Positions 16,415-25,765 of a stretch of DNA of 32,000 bases are shown in pieces. Each line of letters opens with the position of its first letter. Position 1 is the stretch's first letter. The stretch spans positions 60,001-92,000 of the forward strand of contig CAVRAI010000014.1 in assembly GCA_963718915.1 (NCBI GenBank), read 5' to 3'. The notes below the pieces were generated by a model. It worked only from the letters and a program-made list of their open reading frames with translations, was not told where the DNA came from and did not search any database. This stretch comes from an uncultured Chloroflexia bacterium (lineage in GTDB: Bacteria > Chloroflexota > Ktedonobacteria > Ktedonobacterales > JADMIN01). The position numbers and the translations under genes were made by a program.

Positions 16415-16443
16415 TATCCAGACTGTTCCTACTCATGGGTGGA
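16415..16443. repeat. 29-bp direct repeat, right copy (contains the real nuoL stop codon and last codons)
   Basis: tatccagactgttcctactcatgggtgga. The tca at 16433-16435 is the nuoL stop. Confidence 0.9.
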
Positions 16444-18412
16444 CGACGAAATACACCAGGATGAGCGCGGCGCCGACGAAGATCGCCAGCGCATAGTTGC
16501 GCGCGTAGCCAGTCTGCAGACGGCGCAGACCCTTGCTCATGCCGCCGACGAGCTGTCCCAGTCCGCGTGATCCCCGCCCGAAGAGGCCCTCTTCGAGTCC
16601 AATGCGCCAGAGCACGCCGATGGACATCACTGGCACGACAAAGACCGCGTCGTAGAGTTCGTCAATGTAATACTTGTGCTGCAGGAGCGCCACCAGCGGA
16701 TTGCGCGACGGGGCGAAACGTGGCTGGCGTCGCCCGTAGAGCGCCCAGGCAATCGCGATGCCGATGGGGCCAGTCACCAGGCCGATAGCGGTTCCTGACC
16801 AGAACAACCCGCTGCCAGTTGGGACGCCCATGTTCACGGTATACGTCGATGGTTCGAGGAATTTGCCAATCGCGTCGTTCCAGGGTGTGCCGTAGAAGCC
16901 GCCAATGACCGAGAGGACGCCCAGCACGATCATCGGGACCATCATCGTCGCGCCGACCTCGCGCACGTTCCGTAGCGGATCGCGCGCGTCACCCTGAGCG
17001 CCATGTTCACCGTGCGCGCCATGTGCGTCGTGCATGGCAACGGGTTCGCCGCGATACGTTCCGAGGAAGACGCCGAAGATCAGGCGGAAGATGTAGTAGC
17101 CCGTCAGGACGGCGGTAAACAGCCCCACGCCGTAGAGTACGTACCAGCCCGTGCCACCACCTGTCCGCGCGCGTTCCAGCACGACGCTGAGGATGCCATC
17201 TTTGCTCCAGAAGCCGGAGAGCGGGAAGACGGCGGCCAGCGCCAGCCCACCGACGACGAAGAGCCAGAACGTGCGTGGCAGCTTCTCGCGCAGCCCGCCC
17301 ATCTTGCGCAAATCCTGCTCGCCAGCCAGCGCGTGAATTACCGCGCCCGCCGCCATGAAGAGCAGCGCCTTGAAGTAGGCGTGGGTCGTCAGGTGGAAGA
17401 TGCCGCTGGAGAAGCCGCCCGCCGCCTCGCCCATGAACATGTAGCCCAACTGGCTCATCGTCGAATAGGCCAGCACGCGCTTGATATCCATCTGGACACA
17501 GGCGATGGTCGCGGCGAAGAGAGCAGTTGCCCCGCCGACGATGCCGACAACCGCCAGCGCGGTCGGCGACTGAGTATAGAGTCCCGACATGCGCGCCACC
17601 AGATAGACGCCCGCCGTCACCATCGTCGCCGCGTGGATCAGCGCGCTGACCGGCGTTGGACCTTCCATCGCGTCGGGCAGCCAGACGTGCAGCGGCAACT
17701 GCGCCGATTTGGCCGCCGCCGCGACGAAGAGCAGCAGCGCGATGGCGGTGATAGTGTTCGGATCGGGTCCATGGAGCGGTGTTGAAATAGCGGGACCGAC
17801 AAAGATTGGACTGTATTGCAGCGTGCCAAAGGTCTTGAAGATCAGGAAGATAGCGAGGAGCAGCCCAAAGTCGCCGATGACGTTGACGACGAAGGCTTTG
17901 CGCGCGGCGGCCACCGCCGAGGGGCGCGTATACCAGAAGCCGATCAGCAGGAACGACGCCAGGCCGACGCCGCCCCAGCCGACGAGCAGCATCAGGAAGT
18001 TATCCGCCGCGACTAATAGGGCCATGGTGAAGATGAAGAGGTTGAGGAAGGAGAAGAAGCGCCAGTAGCCGGGGTCGTCCGCCATATAGCCGATGGAGTA
18101 GACGTGGATGAGGAAGCCGACGCCTGTCACGATCAGCAGCATCACCGCCGAGAGCGGGTCGGAGAGCAGGCCGAACGGAATCTTCAGGCTGCCGGATATG
18201 ACCCAGGTCCACGGCATCATATCGGAGAAGCGCGCATTGGGCGCGACGCCGAGCATCGAGATGAAATCGGCGACGGCCAGCGCGAACGCCGCCAGCACCA
18301 CCCCGCAGCCAATCAGCGAGATGGCCATACGCGGCAGCGCGCGCCCGAAGAGTCCGAGCGCGACGAAGCCCGCCAGCGGCAGGAGCAGGATGAACGGCGT
18401 CAGGTTTAACAT
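16433..18412 (-). CDS. nuoL: NADH-quinone oxidoreductase subunit L
   Basis: 659-aa antiporter-like subunit with the long C-terminal region typical of NuoL. Follows nuoK with a 1-nt gap. Confidence 0.93.
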   Translation of the reverse strand: MLNLTPFILLLPLAGFVALGLFGRALPRMAISLIGCGVVLAAFALAVADFISMLGVAPNARFSDMMPWTWVISGSLKIPFGLLSDPLSAVMLLIVTGVGFLIHVYSIGYMADDPGYWRFFSFLNLFIFTMALLVAADNFLMLLVGWGGVGLASFLLIGFWYTRPSAVAAARKAFVVNVIGDFGLLLAIFLIFKTFGTLQYSPIFVGPAISTPLHGPDPNTITAIALLLFVAAAAKSAQLPLHVWLPDAMEGPTPVSALIHAATMVTAGVYLVARMSGLYTQSPTALAVVGIVGGATALFAATIACVQMDIKRVLAYSTMSQLGYMFMGEAAGGFSSGIFHLTTHAYFKALLFMAAGAVIHALAGEQDLRKMGGLREKLPRTFWLFVVGGLALAAVFPLSGFWSKDGILSVVLERARTGGGTGWYVLYGVGLFTAVLTGYYIFRLIFGVFLGTYRGEPVAMHDAHGAHGEHGAQGDARDPLRNVREVGATMMVPMIVLGVLSVIGGFYGTPWNDAIGKFLEPSTYTVNMGVPTGSGLFWSGTAIGLVTGPIGIAIAWALYGRRQPRFAPSRNPLVALLQHKYYIDELYDAVFVVPVMSIGVLWRIGLEEGLFGRGSRGLGQLVGGMSKGLRRLQTGYARNYALAIFVGAALILVYFVVHP

Positions 18413-18413
18413 A

Positions 18414-18713
18414 CTAGCCCTTCAGCGTATTCAGCTCGTCCACGTCAATCTCGTGGCGCGCGCGGAAGATCGAGACGATGATCGCCAGCCCCACCACCAC
18501 TTCGGCGGCGGCGACCGTCAGCACCAGGAAGACGAACATCCAGCCGTCTACCGAGTTCAGGAAGTGCGCGAAGGCCATGAACGACAGGTTGACGGCGTTG
18601 AGCATCAGCTCGATGGACATGAACATCACCAGCGGGTTGCGGCGCACCAGCACGCCTATCGCGCCGATGGTGAAGAGCAAGGCGCTCACGATGAGATACG
18701 CGGTGACTGGCAT
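18414..18713 (-). CDS. nuoK: NADH-quinone oxidoreductase subunit K
   Basis: 99 aa with three TM helices and the conserved ELMLNAVNL segment. Confidence 0.93.
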   Translation of the reverse strand: MPVTAYLIVSALLFTIGAIGVLVRRNPLVMFMSIELMLNAVNLSFMAFAHFLNSVDGWMFVFLVLTVAAAEVVVGLAIIVSIFRARHEIDVDELNTLKG

Positions 18714-18726
18714 GGTAAGCTCCCTC

Positions 18727-19263
18727 CTACTCGCGTACGAAGCGGCGGCTCATCACCACCGCTCCCAGCACCGCGATCACCAGCAGCACGCCCGTGACCT
18801 CGAAGGGAAACGAGAAGCCATGGAAGAGCGCCAGACCGAACGCCTCGGCGTTGCCAAAGCGCGCGACCGCCTGCGACAGTCCGTTGAGGCCCGCCGTCTT
18901 GGCGTCCGCGGCCAACGAGCCGTTGAGCAGGGCGATAATCAGGCCGCCCGCCAGAATGATGCCCAGGCCCAGGCCCGCGCCCCACTGCCAGCGCAGCCGA
19001 TCCGGCCCGCTGATGCCGCCGCCCTCAGGTGTGAGCATTGTCACCACGAAGAGGAAGAGCACCATCACCGCCCCGGCGTAGATGAGTATCTGAATCGTGG
19101 CGATGAACAGCGCTTCCAGCATCAGGAAAAAGAACGCCAGGCTCACCAGATTCAGAATCAGGCTGAGCATGCTGTAGATTGGGTTACGAAACGATATCAC
19201 GCCCAGCGCCGAGGCCACAGAGACGGTGGCCAGCACGAAGAAGGCGATCACAGTTGCTGTCAT
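18727..19263 (-). CDS. nuoJ: NADH-quinone oxidoreductase subunit J
   Basis: 178-aa membrane protein ([13 protein letters not shown]..., [17 protein letters not shown]) in the expected operon position. Confidence 0.9.
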   Translation of the reverse strand: MTATVIAFFVLATVSVASALGVISFRNPIYSMLSLILNLVSLAFFFLMLEALFIATIQILIYAGAVMVLFLFVVTMLTPEGGGISGPDRLRWQWGAGLGLGIILAGGLIIALLNGSLAADAKTAGLNGLSQAVARFGNAEAFGLALFHGFSFPFEVTGVLLVIAVLGAVVMSRRFVRE

Positions 19264-19269
19264 GCGCGC

Positions 19270-19941
19270 TCAGCCCTCCCTCTTCGACTCAAGCTGCTCC
19301 GGCGTGGAGAACTCGTCGGCGGAATGAACGATGGTGGGCTGCGTCGCGGGTTCGGTCTCGGCGTCGAGCAGGATCTGCTGCTCGGCGGGCAGATTGGCCT
19401 GGCCCACCGCCGTCGCGGTCGCCTCAAGCCCATCGAAGAAGCCCTGGCGGCTGGGGATCGGCGTCGTCGTCTCCTCCGGCGGATTCGGCGACCAGTCGAG
19501 GATCGCGCCGCGCGTCGAGGTCCCTTCCGGCTCGAGCAGTTGTTCTTTATGGTAGACCAGATCATCCGGGCGCAACGACGACAGCTCGTAGATGTTTTCG
19601 AGCGTGATGGCGCCCGTTGGGCACGCCTGCTGGCAGTAGCCGCAGAAGATGCATCGCAGCAGATTCACATCGAAGATCCGGGCATAGCGCTCGCCGGGCG
19701 AGACCCGATGCTCGTCGGTGTTTTCCTCCGCCTCGATGTAGATGGCGTCAGCCGGGCACGCGCCCGCGCAGAGATAGCAGCCGACGCAGCGCTCCAGCCC
19801 GTTCTCGTAGCGGTGCAGCACATGCCGCCCGCGAAAACGCGGCGGAAGGTCGCGCTTCTCCTCAGGATAGGAGACGGTTGTTGGCTTCTTGCCCAACTCC
19901 TTGAGCGTCGTCGCCAGCCCCTTGATTATTTCCATTCCCAT
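19270..19941 (-). CDS. nuoI: NADH-quinone oxidoreductase subunit I (2 x [4Fe-4S] ferredoxin type) with an extended C-terminal tail
   Basis: Cluster motifs CVGCYLCAGACP and CIFCGYCQQACP. About 223 aa. Confidence 0.93.
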   Translation of the reverse strand: MGMEIIKGLATTLKELGKKPTTVSYPEEKRDLPPRFRGRHVLHRYENGLERCVGCYLCAGACPADAIYIEAEENTDEHRVSPGERYARIFDVNLLRCIFCGYCQQACPTGAITLENIYELSSLRPDDLVYHKEQLLEPEGTSTRGAILDWSPNPPEETTTPIPSRQGFFDGLEATATAVGQANLPAEQQILLDAETEPATQPTIVHSADEFSTPEQLESKREG

Positions 19942-19986
19942 GGGTATTCTCGCTATCTATCTCGTGAAGCCGATAAGGCATGCCCA

Positions 19987-20054
19987 CCGTTGCCTTCAGG
20001 CCACGGCGAATTTTCCCCTCATTCGCCGCGGCATGTATGCTGCGGACAGCCTCC
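19987..20054. repeat. multi-hairpin dispersed repeat, copy D (nuoH-nuoI spacer)
   Basis: Modules are ccgttgcc-ttca-ggccacgg, ggcgaat-tttcccctc-attcgcc and ccgcggcat-gt-atgctgcgg, followed by acagcctcc. The nuoH-nuoI spacer is 153 bp. Confidence 0.75.
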
Positions 20055-20094
20055 TTAAATACTGACTCGTATGTCGACTACCACTTCGCGGCGT

Positions 20095-21354
20095 TCAGGG
20101 CGTGGCGACGGTGGTATCCGCGTCCGCGATCTCAGCGGCGTCCACTGGCATGACCGGCGGCCGTGCTGGATCGATGGTCGCCATGCGCACGCTGGATGGC
20201 AGCACCAGATCGAGGTCCGCTGTCGCGGACGTGGTGGGCGTTGCCCTGCGTCGCGCCCGCAGCCGCGTGTAATAGATGGCGCTGGCGATCAGCAGAATGA
20301 ACAGCCCGGCCAGCCCGCTGATCCACCATGGCAGGTCGAAGGCGATCACCACGGCGGTCACGAGCGCGTTGAGCACCGAGAGCGGCAGCAAGACCTGCCA
20401 GCCAAACCGCATCAACTGATCGTAGCGAATGCGGGGCAGCGTCGCGCGCAGCCAGATGAAGATGAACAGGAAGAACGCCACTTTGATGCCGTACCAGACG
20501 AAGGGCGCGCCGCGAATGCCACTGAGCGCGCCCAGTGTCCACCCGCCCAGGAAGAGCGTTGCCAGCACCGAGCTGGTTGTAATCATGTTGATGTATTCGG
20601 CCATCTGGAAGAGGCTCCAGCGCAGGCCGCTGAACTCCGTCAGATAGCCCGCGACCAGCTCCTGCTCCGCTTCGGGCAGATCGAACGGGGCGCGGTTCAC
20701 CTCCGCGATCGCCGCGATGCCGAAGAGGATAAAACCCAGCGGCTGCGCCAGGATGAACCAGATGCCCTGATGCACCTGCGCGTGGACGATATCCACCATA
20801 TTGAGGGTGCCCGCGAACATCAGCACGCCCGCAATCGAGAGGCCGATGCTGACCTCGTACGAGACCATCTGCGCCGCCGAGCGCAGCGCGCCAAGCAGCG
20901 AATAGTGGTTGCCCGATGACCACCCCGCCAACACGATGCCATAGACGGCCAACGACGAGATGGCGAGGATATAGAGAATGCCGACGTTGATATCGCTGAT
21001 AAACGGCGCCCAGGCCAGCGCAATGGGCGTTGTTCCCCAGGTGGTGCGGTCGCCCAGCGGGATGACGGCGAACGCCGAGAGCGCGATGAAGACGGCCAGC
21101 GCCGGAGCCAGCAGGAAAGTGAACCGGATTGCGCGCGCGGGGATGAACTGCTCTTTGAACGCCATCTTGAGCGCGTCGGCGACAGGCTGGAAAACGCCCA
21201 GTGGGCCAGCGCGATTCGGCCCGACTCGCCGCTGGAAGCGCGCGAGCACCCGCCGCTCGATCAGCGTCATATAGGCGAACGCGGTCAGCAGCAGCACGAT
21301 GGCGATAATGCTCTTCACGACCGCCGCGACGACAGCCCACGCAACATCAGACAT
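20095..21354 (-). CDS. nuoH: NADH-quinone oxidoreductase subunit H with a C-terminal low-complexity tail
   Basis: The blocks LIERRVLARFQRRVGPNR and EAEQELVAGYLTEFSG are characteristic of NuoH/ND1. TGATG overlap with the nuoG stop at 21352-21356. Confidence 0.93.
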   Translation of the reverse strand: MSDVAWAVVAAVVKSIIAIVLLLTAFAYMTLIERRVLARFQRRVGPNRAGPLGVFQPVADALKMAFKEQFIPARAIRFTFLLAPALAVFIALSAFAVIPLGDRTTWGTTPIALAWAPFISDINVGILYILAISSLAVYGIVLAGWSSGNHYSLLGALRSAAQMVSYEVSIGLSIAGVLMFAGTLNMVDIVHAQVHQGIWFILAQPLGFILFGIAAIAEVNRAPFDLPEAEQELVAGYLTEFSGLRWSLFQMAEYINMITTSSVLATLFLGGWTLGALSGIRGAPFVWYGIKVAFFLFIFIWLRATLPRIRYDQLMRFGWQVLLPLSVLNALVTAVVIAFDLPWWISGLAGLFILLIASAIYYTRLRARRRATPTTSATADLDLVLPSSVRMATIDPARPPVMPVDAAEIADADTTVATP

Positions 21355-23684
21355 CAGTTCTGTCCCCCATGCGTTCGCGGCAGCGCGGGTTCATCGCCGC
21401 CAGCGCCGCCAGAGACCCCATGCTCGACCATATCCCAGGTCAGATAGGGGCTGCCCACCAGCGCTGGCTTGCCATTCGCGTCGTCCGCGCCCACCCTGAA
21501 CGGCCAGCGCGCGCCTTCCTGCCCCAATCCACGGCGCGAGACCCCCGCGTAGAGCGGTACGACGCGCCTGATCTCCGCCAGAATCTCTATCGGTGAGCCA
21601 TAGCGCCAGTTCAGGCCAAGCGCGTTCGCCAAACCGCCGAGAATCTGCCAGTCGGGCAGCGCCCCCGGCAGCTCGTCCATCGCGCGGCGCACCACCTGCA
21701 CAGCCCGTTCCGTGTTGGTAAACGTGCCATCCTTCTCGGTGTAGGCGACCGCTGGCAGCACCACCGTCGCGTATTTCGCCGTCTCCGTCAGGCAAAGATC
21801 CTGCACGACGAGGAAATCGAGCGCTTCGAGCTGAGCCAGTTGTTCCGCCGTGGCGTGACGCGCGGGATCAGCCCCCATCACATATAACGCGCGAACCCCC
21901 CCATCGAGCATCGCATCGTAGTTCTTCCCGGCTGCTTTGGGCAGTTCCTTCCCCCATGCCTGTGCCAGCGTCGCGCCGTCGGCGAGCGGCAGATAGCCGG
22001 GAAGCTGGTCGGGCAAGACGCCCATATCGCGCGCGCCAAGCGAGTTGCTGTCTTCCATCAGCGGGCCAGCGCCAGCGCCGGGACGCCCGAAGTTATCGGT
22101 GAGCAGCGCCAGTTGCAGCACATCCTGCGGCAGCGTCGCGCCGGTCGGCTCGCGGGTTGCCATCTCATCGTAGAGCAGTACCGCGCCACTGGCCTGTGCG
22201 ATCTCGCGCGCCAGCGCCCGCAGCGCCTTGATATCGGCGCCCGCCGTCCGCGCCAGCGTCTGCGCGTCCGTGCCAGACAGCGAAGTCCGCAGCGCCTTGA
22301 CACTCGCGGCGCGTTTAGTGGCGAAATCGCCACGGGTTAACTGCTCGCTCAGCGCCACACTGAGCAGCGCGCGCGCCACCGTCCCTGTCTGCCCGGCGGT
22401 ATAGCGGATCGTGCCCGCCGCCAGACGGTCGAGCCGCGTCGGTTCCGGCGTGACGACATAGACGCGCGTCCCTTTGCGAATGGCACGGCGGATGCGCAGG
22501 TCGATAATCGGCTGGCGCTGGTAGGTGTCGGTTCCCAGCAGCACGATCACGCTGGCCTTCTCCAGCCCGGCGATAGAGTCGGTCCAGACCCAGGGCAACC
22601 CGTTGCGCTCCATGGCGGGGAAACGTCCGTGATAGTGGTCAACGTTGTTCGTGCCGATCCCGGCGCGCAGCAGCTTCTGGAAGAGGTACGACTCTTCATT
22701 GGTGGTATGGGTCGAACCGATGCCGCCGATGGCATCCGCCCCATGCTGCTTGATGATATCGTGCAGCCGGACTGATATCGTCTTCAGCGCATCGTCCCAA
22801 CTGGCTGGCTGGAGCCGCCCATGCTTGTGGATCAGCGGCGTGCGCAAACGATCAGGGCTGTTCACCACCGTCATGTTCCAGCGGCCACGGTCGCAGAGGA
22901 AGCCCTCGTCAATGGCGTCGTTGGTGCGGCTATACTGGCGGGTGAGCTTGTTCACCCGTACGTCCACCAGCACGTTGCAGCCGACCGAACAGTGGCCACA
23001 GACGCTCGGAGTGCGCTTCAACTCCCACGGGCGCGTCACGAAGCGGAAGCTTTTGGCCGTCAGCGCGCCGACCGGGCACATCTCGACCACATTGCCAGAG
23101 AAAATCGAGTCGAACGGCGCATCCACCTCGACGCCGACCTCCGTCTTGAAGCCGCGCTCCAGCATGACCAGGCCGTTTTCCATCGCGACATCCTGGCAGA
23201 AGCGGACGCAGCGCTGGCAGGAGATGCAGCGCTCGCGGTCAAGCAGTATCTGGTCGCTGACCGGAACTGGTTTGGGGAAATGGCGCTTGCTCAGATCGAA
23301 GCGACTCGCGCCTGGCCCGTGGCGTAGCGTGAAATCCTGCAGGTCGCACTCGCCGCCCTTATCACAGATGGGGCAGTCGAGTGGATGGTTGATGAGCAGG
23401 AATTCCAGCGTGCCCTGGCGGCTCTTCTTAACCATCGGCGAGGTGGTGGAGACGACCATGTTGGGCATGACGGTGGTCGTGCAGGCGGTCATCGGCTTGG
23501 GCATCCCCTTGACCTCGACAAAGCACATGCGACATGCGCCCAGTGGATCCATCTTGGGATGGTAGCAGTAGATAGGAATCTCAATGCCAAGCCTGCGGGC
23601 AGCCTCCCAGAGCAGCGTTCCCGGTGGAACACTGATCTCGCGCCCATCTATCGTGATCGTGACCAGCTCTTGTTGCTCACCCAT
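21354..23684 (-). CDS. nuoG: NADH-quinone oxidoreductase subunit G (75-kDa-type Fe-S subunit)
   Basis: N-terminal 2Fe-2S and 4Fe-4S motifs (ITIDGREISVPPGTLL..., CYHPKMDPLGACRMCFVEV, HPLDCPICDKGGECDLQ, CISCQRCVRFC) followed by a molybdopterin-oxidoreductase-like domain. I prefer the ATG at 23684 over the GTG at 23711. Confidence 0.92.
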   Translation of the reverse strand: MGEQQELVTITIDGREISVPPGTLLWEAARRLGIEIPIYCYHPKMDPLGACRMCFVEVKGMPKPMTACTTTVMPNMVVSTTSPMVKKSRQGTLEFLLINHPLDCPICDKGGECDLQDFTLRHGPGASRFDLSKRHFPKPVPVSDQILLDRERCISCQRCVRFCQDVAMENGLVMLERGFKTEVGVEVDAPFDSIFSGNVVEMCPVGALTAKSFRFVTRPWELKRTPSVCGHCSVGCNVLVDVRVNKLTRQYSRTNDAIDEGFLCDRGRWNMTVVNSPDRLRTPLIHKHGRLQPASWDDALKTISVRLHDIIKQHGADAIGGIGSTHTTNEESYLFQKLLRAGIGTNNVDHYHGRFPAMERNGLPWVWTDSIAGLEKASVIVLLGTDTYQRQPIIDLRIRRAIRKGTRVYVVTPEPTRLDRLAAGTIRYTAGQTGTVARALLSVALSEQLTRGDFATKRAASVKALRTSLSGTDAQTLARTAGADIKALRALAREIAQASGAVLLYDEMATREPTGATLPQDVLQLALLTDNFGRPGAGAGPLMEDSNSLGARDMGVLPDQLPGYLPLADGATLAQAWGKELPKAAGKNYDAMLDGGVRALYVMGADPARHATAEQLAQLEALDFLVVQDLCLTETAKYATVVLPAVAYTEKDGTFTNTERAVQVVRRAMDELPGALPDWQILGGLANALGLNWRYGSPIEILAEIRRVVPLYAGVSRRGLGQEGARWPFRVGADDANGKPALVGSPYLTWDMVEHGVSGGAGGDEPALPRTHGGQN

Positions 23685-23760
23685 GACCTGTTTTCTTCCC
23701 GCTTGCCACACGTCCCCATCGGTTGCTTATGCCTGGCTCAATTCCTGGCTCATACTCGGC

Positions 23761-25122
23761 TTACGCATGTGCGCCGACGGCCACTCCGCGCGCTCGCGGC
23801 CCAACCAGGCAGCCATGCGCCGTGATGTGGTGAAGATACTCGTCGTAGAACAGCTTGATACTGCTGGTGATGGACATCGTCGCGGCATCGCCCAGCGGGC
23901 AGAAGCAGCGGCCCAGCATGTTATCGCAGATATCCGCCAGCAGCGGAATATCGCTCTCTTTGCCGTGTCCTTCTTCTAGACGTTCCAGCAGTTGCACCAG
24001 CCAGAAGGTCCCCTCGCGGCACGGCGTGCACTTGCCGCAGGACTCGTCGCGATAGAACTCTGACATCCGCAGCACCGCGCCGACGATGCACGTCTGGTCG
24101 TCCAGCACAACCACGCCGCCGGAGCCGAGCATCGAGCCTGCCGCCGCGACCGATTCATAGTCCAGCGGCGTATCGAGTTGCGAGGGCATCAGGAATGGCG
24201 TCGACGAGCCGCCCGGAATGATCGCCTTGATCTGCCGTCCGCCGCGCGCCCCGCCGCCGTAGTCTTCGATCAGCGTTCGTAGCGGTATGCCCAGCGGCAG
24301 CTCGTAGTTGCCGGGCCGCTCCACATGCCCGCTGAGGCAGTAGATGCGCGTGCCCTTGCTCTTTTCGGTACCATAGGCGGAGTAGACATCGGCGCCGTGT
24401 TCGACCACCGCCGGGACGGTTGCAATCGTCTCGACGTTGTTGATGACCGTTGGACTGCTATAGAGGCCGACGACCGCTGGGAATGGTGGCTTCAGCCGTG
24501 GATAGCCTCGCCTGCCCTCCAGCGATTCGAGCAGCGCGCTCTCCTCGCCACAGATATACGCGCCCGCGCCGCGATGCACCGTGATATCGAGATCGAAGCC
24601 GCTGCCAAGGATGTTCTTGCCCAGCAGCCCGGAGCCATACGCCTCGCGCACAGCCCGCGACATCCGCTCTTCCGCGAGGGGCAGCTCGCCGCGGATGTAG
24701 ATAAAGGCATGGTGGACTTTTGTGGCGTAGGACGAGATGATCGTTCCCTCGACCAGCAGGTGCGGGCAGACCTCCATTATCATGCGATCCTTGAATGTGC
24801 CCGGCTCGCTCTCGTCGGCGTTGACGCAGAGATAGCGCGGCTTCGGGCTGTTCGCTGGCAGGAAGCCCCATTTCATACCCGTGGCGAAACCAGCGCCGCC
24901 GCGGCCGCGCAGGCCGGAACGCTTCACCTCATCCAGCAGCGCATCCGGCTCGAATTGCCTGAGCGCTTTGGCGAGCGCCTCATAGCCGCCATTGGCGCGA
25001 TAGACCGCAATGCGGTCAATACCCGGCACATCGAAGGCGCGCGTGACGAAGCGGGGTGTTGGCCCGAGTGGCAGCGCATCGTTGGTGGGAGTGGTGGGCG
25101 GCGTTCCTGGTGTATCTGTCAT
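23761..25122 (-). CDS. nuoF: NADH-quinone oxidoreductase subunit F (FMN/NADH-binding)
   Basis: GRGGAGFATGMKW, ESEPGTFKDR and the 4Fe-4S motif ESCGKCTPCREG. Confidence 0.95.
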   Translation of the reverse strand: MTDTPGTPPTTPTNDALPLGPTPRFVTRAFDVPGIDRIAVYRANGGYEALAKALRQFEPDALLDEVKRSGLRGRGGAGFATGMKWGFLPANSPKPRYLCVNADESEPGTFKDRMIMEVCPHLLVEGTIISSYATKVHHAFIYIRGELPLAEERMSRAVREAYGSGLLGKNILGSGFDLDITVHRGAGAYICGEESALLESLEGRRGYPRLKPPFPAVVGLYSSPTVINNVETIATVPAVVEHGADVYSAYGTEKSKGTRIYCLSGHVERPGNYELPLGIPLRTLIEDYGGGARGGRQIKAIIPGGSSTPFLMPSQLDTPLDYESVAAAGSMLGSGGVVVLDDQTCIVGAVLRMSEFYRDESCGKCTPCREGTFWLVQLLERLEEGHGKESDIPLLADICDNMLGRCFCPLGDAATMSITSSIKLFYDEYLHHITAHGCLVGPRARGVAVGAHA

Positions 25123-25765
25123 GGTGTATCCGCCCCATTCTGCTGCGCTTTATGCGCATGGTCTTTGCGCGCATGACCATCATGCGCCGGGTCGAGAGCT
25201 GACGCTGGCTCGTCGATTGCGCCGATGGCGGTGACCGTCGCCATGCCGCGCCCATCGCTGATGGGCGCCACGGGCTGGCGATCTCTTCCACCGCGCCATC
25301 GTTCTCCAGATAGCCAATCAGCGCGCTGGCGTCGGAGTCCGTCACATTCTCGACGAAGCGGCCATTGACCTGCGCCACGGGCGCCATGCCGCATGCCGCC
25401 AGGCACTCGGCGGACTCCAGGGTAAAGCGCCCATCGCTGGTCGTCTCGCCCCGGTGGATGCCCAGCCGCTCCTCCAGATAGGCCATCATATCATCACAGC
25501 CGCGCAGATAGCAGGAGATGCTGGTGCAGACCTTGATGACGTAGCGCCCTTTTGGCTCCTGGGTATACATCGAATAGAACGTGACGACCGACTCGACCTC
25601 GTCGGGCTTGACGCCGATGGCCTCAGCCACCGCCTGAATCCCTTCGGGCGTAACGTAGCCAGTCTCCTCCTGCACGAGATGCAGGCAGGGCAGCATGGCC
25701 GAGCGCGCCGAGGGGTAACGCGCGACGATCTCGCGCAGACGAGTCTGTAGCTCATCGCTGGTCAT
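25119..25765 (-). CDS. nuoE: NADH-quinone oxidoreductase subunit E, requiring a frame change near 25272-25277
   Basis: Thioredoxin-like 2Fe-2S domain with all four Cys (VCTSISC, CLAAC) in frame 1 starting at 25765 (TGATG overlap with the nuoD stop). Frame 1 then runs 107 nt into nuoF with Arg-rich nonsense. A second frame (ORF 25119..25406) gives a plausible tail and stops in an ATGA overlap with the nuoF ATG (25119-25122). Confidence 0.8.

Noticed and set aside
18478-20058. 526-aa plus-strand ORF antisense to nuoK, nuoJ and nuoI. Similar long antisense or alternate-frame ORFs occur at 20071..20919 (+), 25888..26763 (+), 20132..21340 (-), 11893..12843 (+), 3200..3874 (+) and 24325..25176 (+).
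   Set aside because: Their composition is Arg/His/Gln/Ala-rich with no motifs, and they lie opposite or out of frame to genes with unambiguous conserved motifs. Long spurious ORFs of this kind are expected in high-G+C DNA.
25016-25765. The uninterrupted 249-aa nuoE ORF running 107 nt into nuoF.
   Set aside because: The last 85 or so residues are Arg-rich nonsense. The alternative frame ends in an ATGA overlap with the nuoF start, so nuoE is annotated as 25119..25765 with a frame change.
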